NCBI GenBank assembly: GCA_034521615.1
Contig: JAXHME010000021.1
Coordinates: forward strand, 21,945 to 85,944
From: Halobacteriales archaeon
GTDB taxonomy: Archaea > Halobacteriota > Halobacteria > Halobacteriales > Hikarchaeaceae
Length of the DNA stretch: 64,000 nucleotides
Direction: 5' to 3'
Shown piece by piece: positions 39,125 to 48,808 of this stretch. The notes under the pieces were generated by a model. That model ran no database searches. It saw nothing but the letters and a program-made list of their open reading frames with translations, and was not told the DNA's origin. How positions within the stretch are numbered: the stretch's first letter is position 1; each line of letters starts with the position of its first letter. The translations under genes and the position numbers were made by a program.

Positions 39125-39793
39125 ATGCGAATCGCACTACTCGGCGGCACCGGCGACATCGGCGAGGGGCTGGCCCTGCGGTGGGCCCACGACACCGACC
39201 ACGAGGTCCTCATCGGCTCGCGCGACCCCGAGCGGGCCCGGGAGGCGGCCGAGCGATACGACGAGGAGCTGGCCGACCGCGGCGTCGAGGCCGACGTGAG
39301 CGGCTTCGCGAACCCGATGGCGGCCGACCGGGCCGACGTGATCGTGCTGGCGGTCCCCGCGGAGTACGCCGTCGACACCGTCGAGGCCGTGGCCGACCGG
39401 CTCGACGACGATGACGTCCTGGTCTCGCCCGCGGTGCCGATGCGGCGGGCCGAGGCGGGCTTCAAGTACGAGCCGCCGGCGGCCGGGAGCACGACGGAGG
39501 CCGTGGCGGCGGCCGCCCCCGAGGGCGTCCCCGTGGTCGGCGCCTTTCACAACCTGGCCGCGGGGCGGCTGGCCCACCTCGACGCGCCGCTGGGGGTCGA
39601 CGTCCTGGTCGTCGCCGACGACGGCGACGCGGCGGCGACGGTCAGCCGGCTGGCCGAGGAGATCGAGGGGCTGCGGGCGCTCGACGGCGGGGGGCTGGCC
39701 GCCGCGGCGGAGGTCGAGACGGTGACGCCGCTGCTGGTGACGGTGGCCGTCAGGAACGAGGGGTTACACGACCTCGGCGTCCGGTTCGACTAG
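39125..39793 (+). CDS. npdG: NADPH-dependent F420 reductase
   Basis: 222-aa ORF. MRIALLGGTGDIGEGLALRWA Rossmann motif and overall NpdG layout. Confidence 0.85.
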   Translation: MRIALLGGTGDIGEGLALRWAHDTDHEVLIGSRDPERAREAAERYDEELADRGVEADVSGFANPMAADRADVIVLAVPAEYAVDTVEAVADRLDDDDVLVSPAVPMRRAEAGFKYEPPAAGSTTEAVAAAAPEGVPVVGAFHNLAAGRLAHLDAPLGVDVLVVADDGDAAATVSRLAEEIEGLRALDGGGLAAAAEVETVTPLLVTVAVRNEGLHDLGVRFD

Positions 39794-39797
39794 GCCG

Positions 39798-40064
39798 TTA
39801 CGCGCCGGCGCTCTGGAGGGCGGACTCGATGTCCTCGCGCTGGGTGACGCCCACGAAGCGCTCGACGACGCCGTCGTCGTTCTCGACGACGAGCGTCGGG
39901 ATCGAGCGGACCTGGTACTGGTTGGCGACGTCCTGGTTCTCGTCCACGTCGATGCGCTCGAACTGGACGTCGCCCCAGTCCGTCTCCATCTCCTCCAGGA
40001 TCGGTTCCTGGGTCTTGCAGGGCCCGCACCAGTCGGCGTAGAAGTCTTTGAGGGTGACCGTCAT
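39798..40064 (-). CDS. trxA: Thioredoxin
   Basis: 88 aa with the WCGPC active site. Confidence 0.9.
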   Translation of the reverse strand: MTVTLKDFYADWCGPCKTQEPILEEMETDWGDVQFERIDVDENQDVANQYQVRSIPTLVVENDDGVVERFVGVTQREDIESALQSAGA

Positions 40065-40223
40065 TGTCTGTCCACCGGGGATAGTCGGCCCGGTGGGTTA
40101 AGGATTTCTCAGTTCGAGCCGCCTGCCGGTACGTGTGAACGTATCACCCACCCGTCGATGGTGCCCGCGACAGCGCGGCGCCGGTTGACGGCGCGCGAGG
40201 GGCCGGGTCCGCCACAACGCAAG

Positions 40224-40230
40224 GTTTAGG
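40224..40230 (+). promoter_or_regulatory. TATA-box-like GTTTAGG about 28 nt upstream of the sec61beta ATG 40255
   Basis: AT-rich heptamer at leaderless spacing. Confidence 0.35.
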
Positions 40231-40254
40231 GCCGGCCGACGCCCAGGCCCGGCC

Positions 40255-40413
40255 ATGAGCTCCTCGGACAGCGGCGGGCTGATGAGCAGTGCCGGGCTGG
40301 TCCGGTACTTCGACGCCGAGGACCGGAACGCCATCCGGATGGACCCGCGGACGGTGATGGCGTTCGGCATCCTCTTCGGCCTCGCCATCGAGCTGCTGAA
40401 CGTCGTCGGGTAG
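40255..40413 (+). CDS. secG: Preprotein translocase subunit Sec61beta (archaeal SecG)
   Basis: Manual translation: [55 protein letters not shown] 40411-40413. Too short for the ORF track. A TATA-like GTTTAGG lies 28 nt upstream. Confidence 0.8.
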   Translation: MSSSDSGGLMSSAGLVRYFDAEDRNAIRMDPRTVMAFGILFGLAIELLNVVG

Positions 40414-40460
40414 GCCCCGGCGAGTCGCCCGACGGCGCCCCGACCCCGCGCGAACGCCAG

Positions 40461-40467
40461 CTTTTCG
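40461..40467 (+). promoter_or_regulatory. TATA-box-like CTTTTCG about 27 nt upstream of ATG 40491
   Basis: Same motif class and spacing. Confidence 0.4.
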
Positions 40468-40490
40468 TACGCGCCCCGCTCAGGACGGTC

Positions 40491-40946
40491 ATGGACGTCA
40501 GCATCGACGCCGTCCGGGTCGCGGGGACGCCCGACGGGCCCGTGCCCGTGGTGCTCCTCGCGCCCGAGCCCGACAGCGCGTCGGTGCTGCCGATCTTCAT
40601 CGGCTTCGACGAGGCCGTCAGCATCGCCCGCGGCCTCGACGCCGAGGGCATCGGGCGGCCGCTCACCCACGACCTGCTGCTCGACGTCGTCGAGGAGCTC
40701 GGCGGCCGCGTCGAGCGGGTCGAGGTCTCCGAGGTCGTCGACTCGACCTTCATCGCCGACCTGCACCTCAACACCCCGCGGGGCGACGACGTCGTCGTCG
40801 ACGCCCGGCCGTCGGACTCGCTGGCGCTGGCCGCCCGCACCGGCGCGCCGCTGTCGTGTGCGGACGACGTCTTCGAGGACGGCGAGCGCCCCCGCGAGGA
40901 GTTCGACGAGCTGGACGACATCCGGGAGGTCGTCGAGCTCGTATGA
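40491..40946 (+). CDS. Bifunctional nuclease family (DUF151/BFN) protein
   Basis: 151-aa ORF. VVLLAPEPDSASVLPIFIGFDEAVSIARGL...RPLTHDLL...ARPSDSLALAART. Confidence 0.8.
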   Translation: MDVSIDAVRVAGTPDGPVPVVLLAPEPDSASVLPIFIGFDEAVSIARGLDAEGIGRPLTHDLLLDVVEELGGRVERVEVSEVVDSTFIADLHLNTPRGDDVVVDARPSDSLALAARTGAPLSCADDVFEDGERPREEFDELDDIREVVELV

Positions 40947-41230
40947 CCGAGGACGTCCTCGAGGAGCTGTTCGACGTCATCGAGTCGAGGAAGGCCGAGC
41001 GGCCCGAGGGCTCCTACACCGCCGAGCTGTTCGACCACGAGAAGGGCGAGAACGCCGTGCTCGAGAAGCTCGGCGAGGAGGTCACCGAGCTCGTGCTGGC
41101 CGCCAAGGACGGCGACGAGGACGCGGTGGCCCACGAGAGCGCCGACCTCGTCTACCACCTGCTCGTCCTCCTCTCGATGCACGACATGCACCTCGAGGAC
41201 CTGCTGGCGGAGCTCCGGGCGCGGCGATAG
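40943..41230 (+). CDS. hisE: Phosphoribosyl-ATP pyrophosphatase
   Basis: ATG 40943 overlaps the upstream stop (ATGA). SYTAELFDHEKGENAVLEKLGEEVTELVLAAKDGD...ESADLVYHLLVLL. Confidence 0.85.
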   Translation: MTEDVLEELFDVIESRKAERPEGSYTAELFDHEKGENAVLEKLGEEVTELVLAAKDGDEDAVAHESADLVYHLLVLLSMHDMHLEDLLAELRARR

Positions 41231-41280
41231 TCCCGGTCACGACCCCAGCCGGAGGGTGGCCGACGTCGAGATCGGCCGGC

Positions 41281-41628
41281 CTACTCCGCGAGCAGCCCGC
41301 CGACGAGACCGCCGAGGGCGCTGTCGAGCGCCAGGAAGAACGTGATGAACAGGATCACGAACGCGAGGCCGCCGCCGACCATCGCGCCGACCGGGCCCAG
41401 CGCGAGCCCGCCGATGCCGATGATCAGCGCGAGCAGGAAGCCGGCGAGGCCGCCCGCGAGCAGGCCGTGCCAGGCGCCGCTCAGGAGCCCCTCGTCGGCC
41501 CGATAACCGGCCACCAACCCGCCCGCGAACCCCGCGATCAGCTGGCCGATGCCCGGCACGACGACGCCGACCAGGCCGACCACGACCGTCACCGCGAAGC
41601 CGACGAGCACGGCGCGCCAGTTCGTCAT
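41281..41628 (-). CDS. Glycine-rich membrane protein (DUF5518-like)
   Basis: 115-aa ORF with four hydrophobic Gly-rich helices. CTTTTAC on the minus strand lies 28 nt upstream. Confidence 0.65.
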   Translation of the reverse strand: MTNWRAVLVGFAVTVVVGLVGVVVPGIGQLIAGFAGGLVAGYRADEGLLSGAWHGLLAGGLAGFLLALIIGIGGLALGPVGAMVGGGLAFVILFITFFLALDSALGGLVGGLLAE

Positions 41629-41652
41629 GGCCGTCCGGACGGCGAGCGGGCC

Positions 41653-41659
41653 GTAAAAG
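41653..41659 (-). promoter_or_regulatory. TATA-box-like CTTTTAC (minus strand) about 28 nt upstream of ATG 41628
   Basis: Reverse complement of GTAAAAG at 41653-41659. Pairs with the divergent element at 41692-41698. Confidence 0.4.
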
Positions 41660-41691
41660 CCCGCTGGCCGGGGCGAGCCCGGAACGGACGC

Positions 41692-41698
41692 CTTTTGG
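41692..41698 (+). promoter_or_regulatory. TATA-box-like CTTTTGG about 28 nt upstream of GTG 41723 (NOG1)
   Basis: Same motif class and spacing. Confidence 0.4.
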
Positions 41699-41722
41699 GG
41701 AGCCGCCGTCTACGACCCCGCA

Positions 41723-42712
41723 GTGATCTTCGAGTCGCTGCCGACCACGCCCACCGCCGACGAGCTGCTGGACCAGGCGTTCAGCCGGGCGGCGCGGGCG
41801 GGCCGGGCGAAGACGGGGATCGAGGCCCAGCAGTCGATGCTCCAGACGGCCTCGAACGTCCTCACGGACAACCTTGGCCGGGTGTCGACCGACTGGCCGG
41901 ACTTCGACGCGATCGACCCGTTCTACCGGGAGCTCGCCGACGCCATCGTCGAGGTGGACCCGCTCCGGGCGAGCCTCTCGGAGGTCTCGTGGGCCTCGCG
42001 GAAGACCAAGGAGCTCGGCCGGGAGTACCAGCGCCGGGTCGCGAACACGAACCCGGACGCCGCCAGGAAGCTCCGCAAGCAGGCGTTCGCCCGGATGGCC
42101 TCGGTCGTCGAGGAGGTCGCGGAGGACCTCGAGCGGGTGGGCGCCGCCCGGAACGACCTCCGGGACCTCCCGGACATCCGGCCCGACGACCCGACCATCG
42201 TCATCGCGGGCTACCCGAACGTCGGCAAGTCGTCGTTCGTCAACGCGGTGACCCGGGCGTCGAACCGGGTGGCCGAGTACCCGTTCACGACGACGGGCGT
42301 CCAGATCGGCCACGTCGAGCGCGACCGGATCCGGTACCAGCTCGTGGACACGCCCGGCCTGCTCGACCGCCCGCCAGCCGAGCGCAACGGGATCGAGCGC
42401 CAGGCCGCCAGCGCGCTGGCCCACGTCGCCGACGGCGTCCTCTTCCTCGTCGACGCGAGCGGGACGTGTGGCTACCCGCTGGACGACCAGCTCGAGCTCC
42501 GCGAGGCCGTCGAAGCGGAGTTCCCGGACGTCCCCCTGCTCACGGTCTGGAACAAGGCCGACCTCGAGCCGGTCGACGGCCACGAGCGCGCCGACGAGGT
42601 CGACCCCGACGTGGCCATGAGCATCACCGAGGGGACTGGCGTCGAGGCGGCGCTCGACGCCATCGTCGAGGCGATCGGCTACGAGCCGAAGCTGCCGTTC
42701 GAGGAGTCGTAG
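41723..42712 (+). CDS. NOG1-family GTP-binding protein
   Basis: 329-aa ORF with GTG start. G1 GYPNVGKSS, G3 DTPGLL, G4 NKAD. Confidence 0.85.
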   Translation: MIFESLPTTPTADELLDQAFSRAARAGRAKTGIEAQQSMLQTASNVLTDNLGRVSTDWPDFDAIDPFYRELADAIVEVDPLRASLSEVSWASRKTKELGREYQRRVANTNPDAARKLRKQAFARMASVVEEVAEDLERVGAARNDLRDLPDIRPDDPTIVIAGYPNVGKSSFVNAVTRASNRVAEYPFTTTGVQIGHVERDRIRYQLVDTPGLLDRPPAERNGIERQAASALAHVADGVLFLVDASGTCGYPLDDQLELREAVEAEFPDVPLLTVWNKADLEPVDGHERADEVDPDVAMSITEGTGVEAALDAIVEAIGYEPKLPFEES

Positions 42713-42767
42713 ACGGCCGGCTGTGGACCCATAACTGGGGGAAAAGCGGAGAAAAGTCGGGAGGTCG

Positions 42768-43502
42768 CTACTCGACCGCGTAGACGACGCTCACGTGGGC
42801 CGAGACCGTCACCGGGCCCGACTCGATGGTCGTCGAGCCCGCGGCGTCCTCGGCCATGGCGACCCGTCCGGCGAACGGCGAGACGACGGGCGCGCCGGTC
42901 GAGACCGACCGCACGCCGTCGATGCTCAGCCCGCCGGCGTCGGCGATGGCGCCCGCGTCGGCCGCGGCGTTGCCCATCGCGGCGGCGAGGGCCTGCTCGC
43001 GGGCGGACTGTCGGGACTCGTCCGTCAGCGTGAACTGCACGCCCTGCACCCGGACCGCGCCCGCCGCGACGGCGGCGTCGATGACCGCACCGGCGCCGTC
43101 GACGCCGGCCTCGACGGTCAGCGCGTGCACGGCGCGGTAGCCGACCAGTTCGCGGGACTCGCCGCTGTAGTCGTACTCCGGCTGGAGGGTGAAGGAGGCC
43201 GTCGTGACCGCGTCGCCCTCGAGGCCGAGCTCGGCGAGGGCCTCGCGGACCGCGGCGACGTCGGCGGCGACCTGTTCGCGGGCGGCGTCGGCGGTGTCGG
43301 CCCGCGCCTCGGCGGCCACGCGGACGACCGCGAGGTCGGGCTCCATCGAGACCGAGCCGGACGCCGAGACGCTCACCGACGGCGAGTTCCCATCGCCCGC
43401 GTCGGCCGCGCCAGTCCCCGTGGCCGCGGGAGCGGCGCCGAGGCAGCCGGCCGTGATCAACAGCAACGCGAGTCCGACGATCCCGAAGGTGGTTCGAGTC
43501 AT
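42768..43502 (-). CDS. SIMPL-domain (DUF541) secreted lipoprotein
   Basis: ATG 43502 gives MTRTTFGIVGLALLLITAGC (lipobox). The remainder is SIMPL-like. Confidence 0.8.
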   Translation of the reverse strand: MTRTTFGIVGLALLLITAGCLGAAPAATGTGAADAGDGNSPSVSVSASGSVSMEPDLAVVRVAAEARADTADAAREQVAADVAAVREALAELGLEGDAVTTASFTLQPEYDYSGESRELVGYRAVHALTVEAGVDGAGAVIDAAVAAGAVRVQGVQFTLTDESRQSAREQALAAAMGNAAADAGAIADAGGLSIDGVRSVSTGAPVVSPFAGRVAMAEDAAGSTTIESGPVTVSAHVSVVYAVE

Positions 43503-43621
43503 ACCACGAACAGGTCGGCGGAGAATATGAACCTCGCGAAGAGTCAAACGGCGGTTTCAGTCCACCAAGTAGGTCGGTTTTCCGCCGAAACGCGTCAGCC
43601 GCCGTGACGTATCAGTATATC

Positions 43622-44942
43622 CTATGTATCCGGCGGCCGGTCCACCGTGAGGAACCGGACCTCCACGGTGACGCCGTATGGTGACAGCCGCACGGCGAGC
43701 GTCTCGCGGAGCTCCGGGAACGTCTGTCCGGGCGGGTGGCCCACGGTGACCACCACCGACTCGGGCTCGGTCGTCAGGAGGTCCCGCTCGGTCAGGACCT
43801 CGAGCTCCAGCAGCGTGACCCGGTCCCGATAGGGCTCGCCGTCGAGCGTGGACTCGACCGTCCGACGGACGTCCTGCTCGACGACGGCCGACTGGTAGGT
43901 GTCGTAGGTCACCCCGCCCAGGAACGTCGAGAGCACGAGGATCGCGGCGAGGAGCACCGCCGCCAGCCGGATCGTCTCGGTCCGCGCAGCCTCCTCCCGG
44001 AACCACTGCTCGGGCCGGTACCCCTGGTACCAGAGCACCCCGAGCGCGGCGAGGTTGATCGAGAGGAAGTTCAACAGCACCAACACGGTCGCCCCGGTGA
44101 CGACCGCCGGCATCCCCCAGGCCATGCCGATGCCGATGACGGCCGTCGGGGGCACGAGCGCGACGGCGATCATGACGCCGACGAGCGAGCTCGAGACGTC
44201 GCCCGAGAGGCTGTAGGCGCCGGCGACCCCCGCGCCCAGCGCGACGACCAGCGAGAGGAAGTCCGGCGCGAGGCGTTCCTCGACCTGATCGATCGCAAGC
44301 ACGTCGATCCCGGGCGGGACGAGGTGGACCGTCTTCACGAGGTAGGCGAAGACCGCCGCGGTGGCGATGGCCAGGAAGAACCCCAGCACCTGGAGCTTCG
44401 TCCCGCGCCAGAAGAGGTCGCGGTCGCGGATCACCGGTCCCCGCGCTGGTGGCCATCGCCGGCCCGATGAGCGGCGCGATGACCATCGAGCCGACGACGA
44501 CGGCGGCGGAGTCGAGCAGCACGCCCGCGGTCGCGATCGCGACGCTGGCGACCGTCATGACGACGAACGCCTCGAGGTCCGGCGTGAGGCCGCCCGCCCG
44601 CGCCCGGAGCTCCTCGCGCGCGATCCGGTCGGGGGAGTCGTCCTCCTGGTAGCGCTCGACGAGGCGATCGAACCGCCGGGAGACGACCGTCTCGGCGTCG
44701 AGCACGACCCTGAACGCGTCCTCCGGGAGCCCGGCCTCGCGGAGGTCGTCGAGCACGGGCTCGACCGCGTTCGGCGGCAGCGGGAACGAGACGACGGCCG
44801 TGTAGTCGCGGTCGCTGGCCTCCTCGGCCAGCACGTAATCGATGCCCTCGTCGTCGAGGACGCCGAGCACGGCGCCGCGCTTGCCCGCCGGGACCGAGAC
44901 TTCGACGTACCGCACGCCCGTGGCGTCGGCCGCCCGGGGCAT
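43622..44942 (-). pseudogene. TIGR00341/DUF389 membrane protein, frame broken at 44434-44437
   Basis: The N-terminal part (frame of ATG 44942) reads ...[32 protein letters not shown]...[18 protein letters not shown]. The continuation [24 protein letters not shown]... is ORF 43622..44434. Confidence 0.75.
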
Positions 44943-44979
44943 ATACCCAGCGGGCGAGGCGGCGGGCGGATGGACACCG

Positions 44980-44985
44980 CTTTGG
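44980..44985 (+). promoter_or_regulatory. TATA-box-like CTTTGG about 27 nt upstream of the engB ATG 45009
   Basis: Same motif class and spacing. Confidence 0.35.
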
Positions 44986-45008
44986 GGCCCCGGCGCCGAC
45001 GCCCGAGC

Positions 45009-45626
45009 ATGTTCGAGGGCCGTCCCGACCGCGACGCGGAGGTGGTGTTCGTCGGGCGGTCGAACGTGGGCAAGTCGACCGTGATGCGCGGGCTGACGGG
45101 CCACCAGATCCCCACCGGGCGCAAGCCCGGGGTGACCCGCCAGCCGAACTTCTACGACTGGGCCCCCGAGAGCTTCGTGCTGACCGACCTCCCCGGCTTC
45201 GGCTTCATGTCGGGCGTGGCCGAGGAGCGCCGCGAGGCCATCAAGGACGACATCGTCGCCTACCTCGAGGCCAACGCCGACTCGGTGCTGGTGGCGGTGT
45301 TGGTGGTCGACGGCAAGGCGGTCGTGGACGTCATCGACCGCCACGCGGGCCGCGACGACGTCCCCTACGACCTCGACATGTACGGCTTCCTCGCGGACCT
45401 CGGGCTGCCGACGGTCATCGCGGTGAACAAGATGGACAAGGTCGACGACCGCGACGAGCGCCTCGACGCGATCTGCGACCGGTTCGGGCTCGTGCCGCCG
45501 TGGCAGCAATGGCGTGACCATATCGCGCCCATCAGCGCCAAGCGGGGCGACCTCGACGCGCTGAACGAGGCGCTGCGGACGCACCTCCACGAGGCCGGCC
45601 GGGACGACCTGTTCAAGTTCTTCTGA
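45009..45626 (+). CDS. engB: GTP-binding protein EngB/YsxC
   Basis: ATG 45009 gives [24 protein letters not shown] (G1). DLPGFG (G3) and NKMD (G4) are present. Confidence 0.85.
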   Translation: MFEGRPDRDAEVVFVGRSNVGKSTVMRGLTGHQIPTGRKPGVTRQPNFYDWAPESFVLTDLPGFGFMSGVAEERREAIKDDIVAYLEANADSVLVAVLVVDGKAVVDVIDRHAGRDDVPYDLDMYGFLADLGLPTVIAVNKMDKVDDRDERLDAICDRFGLVPPWQQWRDHIAPISAKRGDLDALNEALRTHLHEAGRDDLFKFF

Positions 45627-45862
45627 GCGACGGGTCCAGATCGTCCAGGAGCAAACGGCGTCCGCGGGCGGCGCCTCCCGCTGGTCCGGTTCGACGCCTG
45701 GCCGTCGGGAGGTGGCGAGATGGTTCTCGGAGAGATGAGATCAGAGTGGGCGGCTCGGGAGAGATCGCCTCGTCACACGGGGCTCGGAGGGGGTAACGTG
45801 TCGTCACCGCCGCCCGGCCGGGGCTTCGGGCCCCCGCGAGTTAGCCCTTTTCCAGCCGGGGC

Positions 45863-46985
45863 TCAGTCCCGCCAGTCGGCGAGCGACCGGTGCTCGGCCG
45901 CGACGGCCCGCACGGCCTCGGCCGTCAGCCGGCCCCGCTCGGTCAGCACGGCCGTCACGAACGCCGGGGGCGTCAGGTCGAACAGCGGCTCGTGGGGCGG
46001 CTCGATCGACCCGGCCGGGCGGACCTTGTCGCTCGCGCAGACGGCGTAGAACGGGACGTCGGCGCACCCCGCCGCCAGCGCCGCGGCGCGGCTGCCGACC
46101 TTGTTGACGACGCCGCCGTCGGGCGTGACCGCGTCGGCCCCGACGAGCACCGCATCCACCGCGCCCGAGCGGCACCGGTCGTAGACCGCCGCGTCGGGGT
46201 GGGACCCGACGGTCAGCCCGGCATCCGCGAGCGCCTCGGCGACCCCGTGGCCCTCCCCACCGGGCAGCGACGCCAGCACCTCCACCGCCGGGCGGGCCGC
46301 CAGCAGCGCCCGCCGGACCGTGCCCGACCGGGAGAGCGTCAGTACGCGGCCCCCGTCGATCGTCCCCGCGGCGAGCTCGGCGGCGCCCGCGTCCGCCTTC
46401 GCCGCCCGGACGAGCCCCTCGGTCGCGGCCCGCTCGACCGCCGCCGGCGATCCGGCGCCGGCCATCGCCCGGTTGACGCGGTTCCGGAGGGCCGCCATGG
46501 CGGGGCGTGCGTCGAGGAGCGCCTCGGCGGCGGCCTCGACGTCGTGGCGGTCGCCGTCCACCCCGGCCTCGGTCGCCGCGTCACGGAGCGCCCAGAGCGC
46601 GTCGGCGGCTATGGCGGCCGACCCCCGCTCGCGGTCGGCCCCGACCGTCCCGGCCGTCGGCGCGACGGCCCGATAGCGCCGCCAGCTCGGGTCGCCCGGG
46701 GCGAACAGCTCGGCCGGCGGCGCCCAGGTCGGGTCTCGACACCGGTCCCTGCCATGCTGCCGGCCCGTCCTCGGCGGTCACCAGGTGGACGACGTCGCCC
46801 TCGACCACGACGCGGCGCTCGACGTGGTAGCTCCCGATCCCGAGGTCGGCCAGCAGCGTCTCGATCCCGGCCGCGGGATCGCCGTCTATCGGGGCCGACG
46901 GCAAGGCGTGGCCGTCCCGCCCCGCCGCTCGACAGCCCAGCACCGCCTCCCGGCGGCGCGCGACCGCGACGACCCGGTCCGCCAT
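45863..46985 (-). pseudogene. eIF-2B alpha/beta/delta-family (IF-2B) protein with an N-terminal extension, frame broken near 46710-46716
   Basis: The N-terminal part (ORF 46581..46988) reads MADRVVAVARRREAVLG...VTAEDGPAAWQGPVSRPDLGAAG. The continuation ELFAPGDPSWRRYRAVAPTAGTVGADRERGSAAIAADALWALRDAATEAGVDGDRHD... joins ORF 45863..46561 (VLVGADAVTPDGGVVNKVGS, an IF-2B motif). Confidence 0.7.
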
Positions 46986-47041
46986 CACCCCGACCAGGCC
47001 GGCGGCGGGCTTGAAGCTGTGGCCGGTCGCGGCCCGCGCGA

Positions 47042-47048
47042 CTTTTCA
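47042..47048 (+). promoter_or_regulatory. TATA-box-like CTTTTCA about 26 nt upstream of the cofE ATG 47071
   Basis: Same motif class and spacing. Confidence 0.4.
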
Positions 47049-47070
47049 CGGGGGCGGGCGAGGGGCGCCC

Positions 47071-47835
47071 ATGGAGGTGACGGCGGTCGAGGGGTTGCCG
47101 GAGATCGCCCCCGACGACGACCTGGCAGGGAAGATCGAGTCCCGCGCCGACCTCGCCGACGGCGACGTCCTCTGCGTGGCCAGCACCGTGGTCTCGAAGG
47201 CCGAGGGCCGGCTCTACACGCTCGGGGACTTCCCCGCTGGCGAGCGGGCGCAGGCCATCGCGGCGCGGCTCGAGGCGCTCACCGGCGACGAGAAGGACCC
47301 CCGGTTCGCCCAGGCCGTCCTCGAGGAGTCCCAGGCGCTGGTGCTCGAGGAGCCGTTCCTGCTCGCGGTCACGCGCTTCGGCCACATCGGCGTCAACGCC
47401 GGCATCGACCAGTCGAACGTCCCCGAGCGCTACGACCTGTTGTTGCTCCCCGAGGACCCGAGCGCGAGCGCGGCCCGGCTGCGGGCGGCCCTCTCGGCGG
47501 ACGTCGGCGTGGTCGTCACCGACACGAGCGGCCGGCCGTTCCGCCACGGCCAGCGCGGGGTGGCCATCGGCTGGGCCGGCCTCCCGGCCATGCGCGACTG
47601 GCGGGGGGAGACCGACCGCGTCGGCTACGAGCTCGCGGTGACCAACGAGGCCGTCGTCGACGAGCTGGCGGCGGCCGCGAACCTGGTGTTCGGCGAGGGC
47701 GACGACGGCGTGCCCGCCGCCGTGGTGCGCGGGTTCGAGTTCGGCGACCACGCCGGGAGCGACCTGCTGTTCCGCGACCGCGAGTCCGACCTCGTCCGAC
47801 AGGCCCTGGAGGCGTGGCAGTATGCGGGGGATTGA
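47071..47835 (+). CDS. cofE: Coenzyme F420-0:L-glutamate ligase
   Basis: ATG 47071 (MEVTAVEGLPEIAPDDDLA...). VASTVVSKAEGR and NAGIDQSN motifs. Confidence 0.85.
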   Translation: MEVTAVEGLPEIAPDDDLAGKIESRADLADGDVLCVASTVVSKAEGRLYTLGDFPAGERAQAIAARLEALTGDEKDPRFAQAVLEESQALVLEEPFLLAVTRFGHIGVNAGIDQSNVPERYDLLLLPEDPSASAARLRAALSADVGVVVTDTSGRPFRHGQRGVAIGWAGLPAMRDWRGETDRVGYELAVTNEAVVDELAAAANLVFGEGDDGVPAAVVRGFEFGDHAGSDLLFRDRESDLVRQALEAWQYAGD

Positions 47836-48799
47836 GCTCGCGCCCGACCGGCCGGTCGACGAGCTCGTCGAGCTCGGCGCGGCCGCCGAGGACGCCGGCT
47901 TCGACACCGCCTTCGTCGCCAGCCACTACAACAACCGCGACCCGTTCGCCGCGCTGACCCGGCTGGCGACCGCGACGACCGACGTCCGGCTGGGCCCCGG
48001 CGTCGTGAACCCGTACGAGACCCACCCCGTCGCGCTGGCCTCGCGAGCCGCGACGCTCCAGGAGCTCAGCGGGGGGCGGGCGGTGTTCGGCATCGGCGCC
48101 GGCGACCGCTCGACGCTCGCGAACCTCGGCCTCGAGCGCGAACGCCCGCTGGCGCGGGTCGCCGAGTCCATCACGGTCAGCCGGCAGCTCTGGGCCGGCG
48201 AGCGCGTCGACCACGACGGCACGTTCGCCGCGAACGACGCCGGGCTCAACTACGGCGTCGAGCCGCCCCCGGTCTACGTCGGCGCCCAGGGCCCCGGCAT
48301 GCTCCGGCTGGCCGCCCGGTTCGGGGACGGCGTCCTCGTGAACGCCTCCCACCCGCGCGACGTGGCCTGGTCGGCCGAGCAGCTCGCCGACGGGCTGGCC
48401 GACCGCCCCGACGAGCGCGGCGAGCTCGAGGTCGCCGTCTCCGCCGTGGTCAGCGTCGCCGAGGACGCCGACGCGGCCCGCGAGGCGGCCCGGCCCCCAG
48501 TGGCCTACATCGCGGCGGGCGCGCCCGAGGCCGTGCTCGACCGCCACGGCCTCGACGCCGAGCTGGCGGGCGAGATCGGCGCGGGGATCGGCGCGGGCGC
48601 GTACGGGGAGGCCTTCGCCGCCGTCTCCGAGCCCATGCTCGACGCCTTCGCCGTCGCGGGCACCCCAGAGGCCGTCGCCGAGCGGTTCGGGGCGCTGCTC
48701 GAGCACGCCGACAGCGTCGTGGCGGGCTCGCCGCTCGGGCCCGAGCCCGACCGGGCGGTCGAGCTGCTCAGCCGGGCGTACGACGCGGTCGGCCAGTGA
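47822..48799 (+). CDS. mer: F420-dependent LLM oxidoreductase (5,10-methylenetetrahydromethanopterin reductase-like)
   Basis: 325-aa ORF overlapping the cofE 3' end by 14 nt. FDTAFVASHYNNRDPF and GRAVFGIGAGD motifs. Confidence 0.8.
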   Translation: MRGIELAPDRPVDELVELGAAAEDAGFDTAFVASHYNNRDPFAALTRLATATTDVRLGPGVVNPYETHPVALASRAATLQELSGGRAVFGIGAGDRSTLANLGLERERPLARVAESITVSRQLWAGERVDHDGTFAANDAGLNYGVEPPPVYVGAQGPGMLRLAARFGDGVLVNASHPRDVAWSAEQLADGLADRPDERGELEVAVSAVVSVAEDADAAREAARPPVAYIAAGAPEAVLDRHGLDAELAGEIGAGIGAGAYGEAFAAVSEPMLDAFAVAGTPEAVAERFGALLEHADSVVAGSPLGPEPDRAVELLSRAYDAVGQ

Positions 48800-48808
48800 G
48801 CCCCGACG

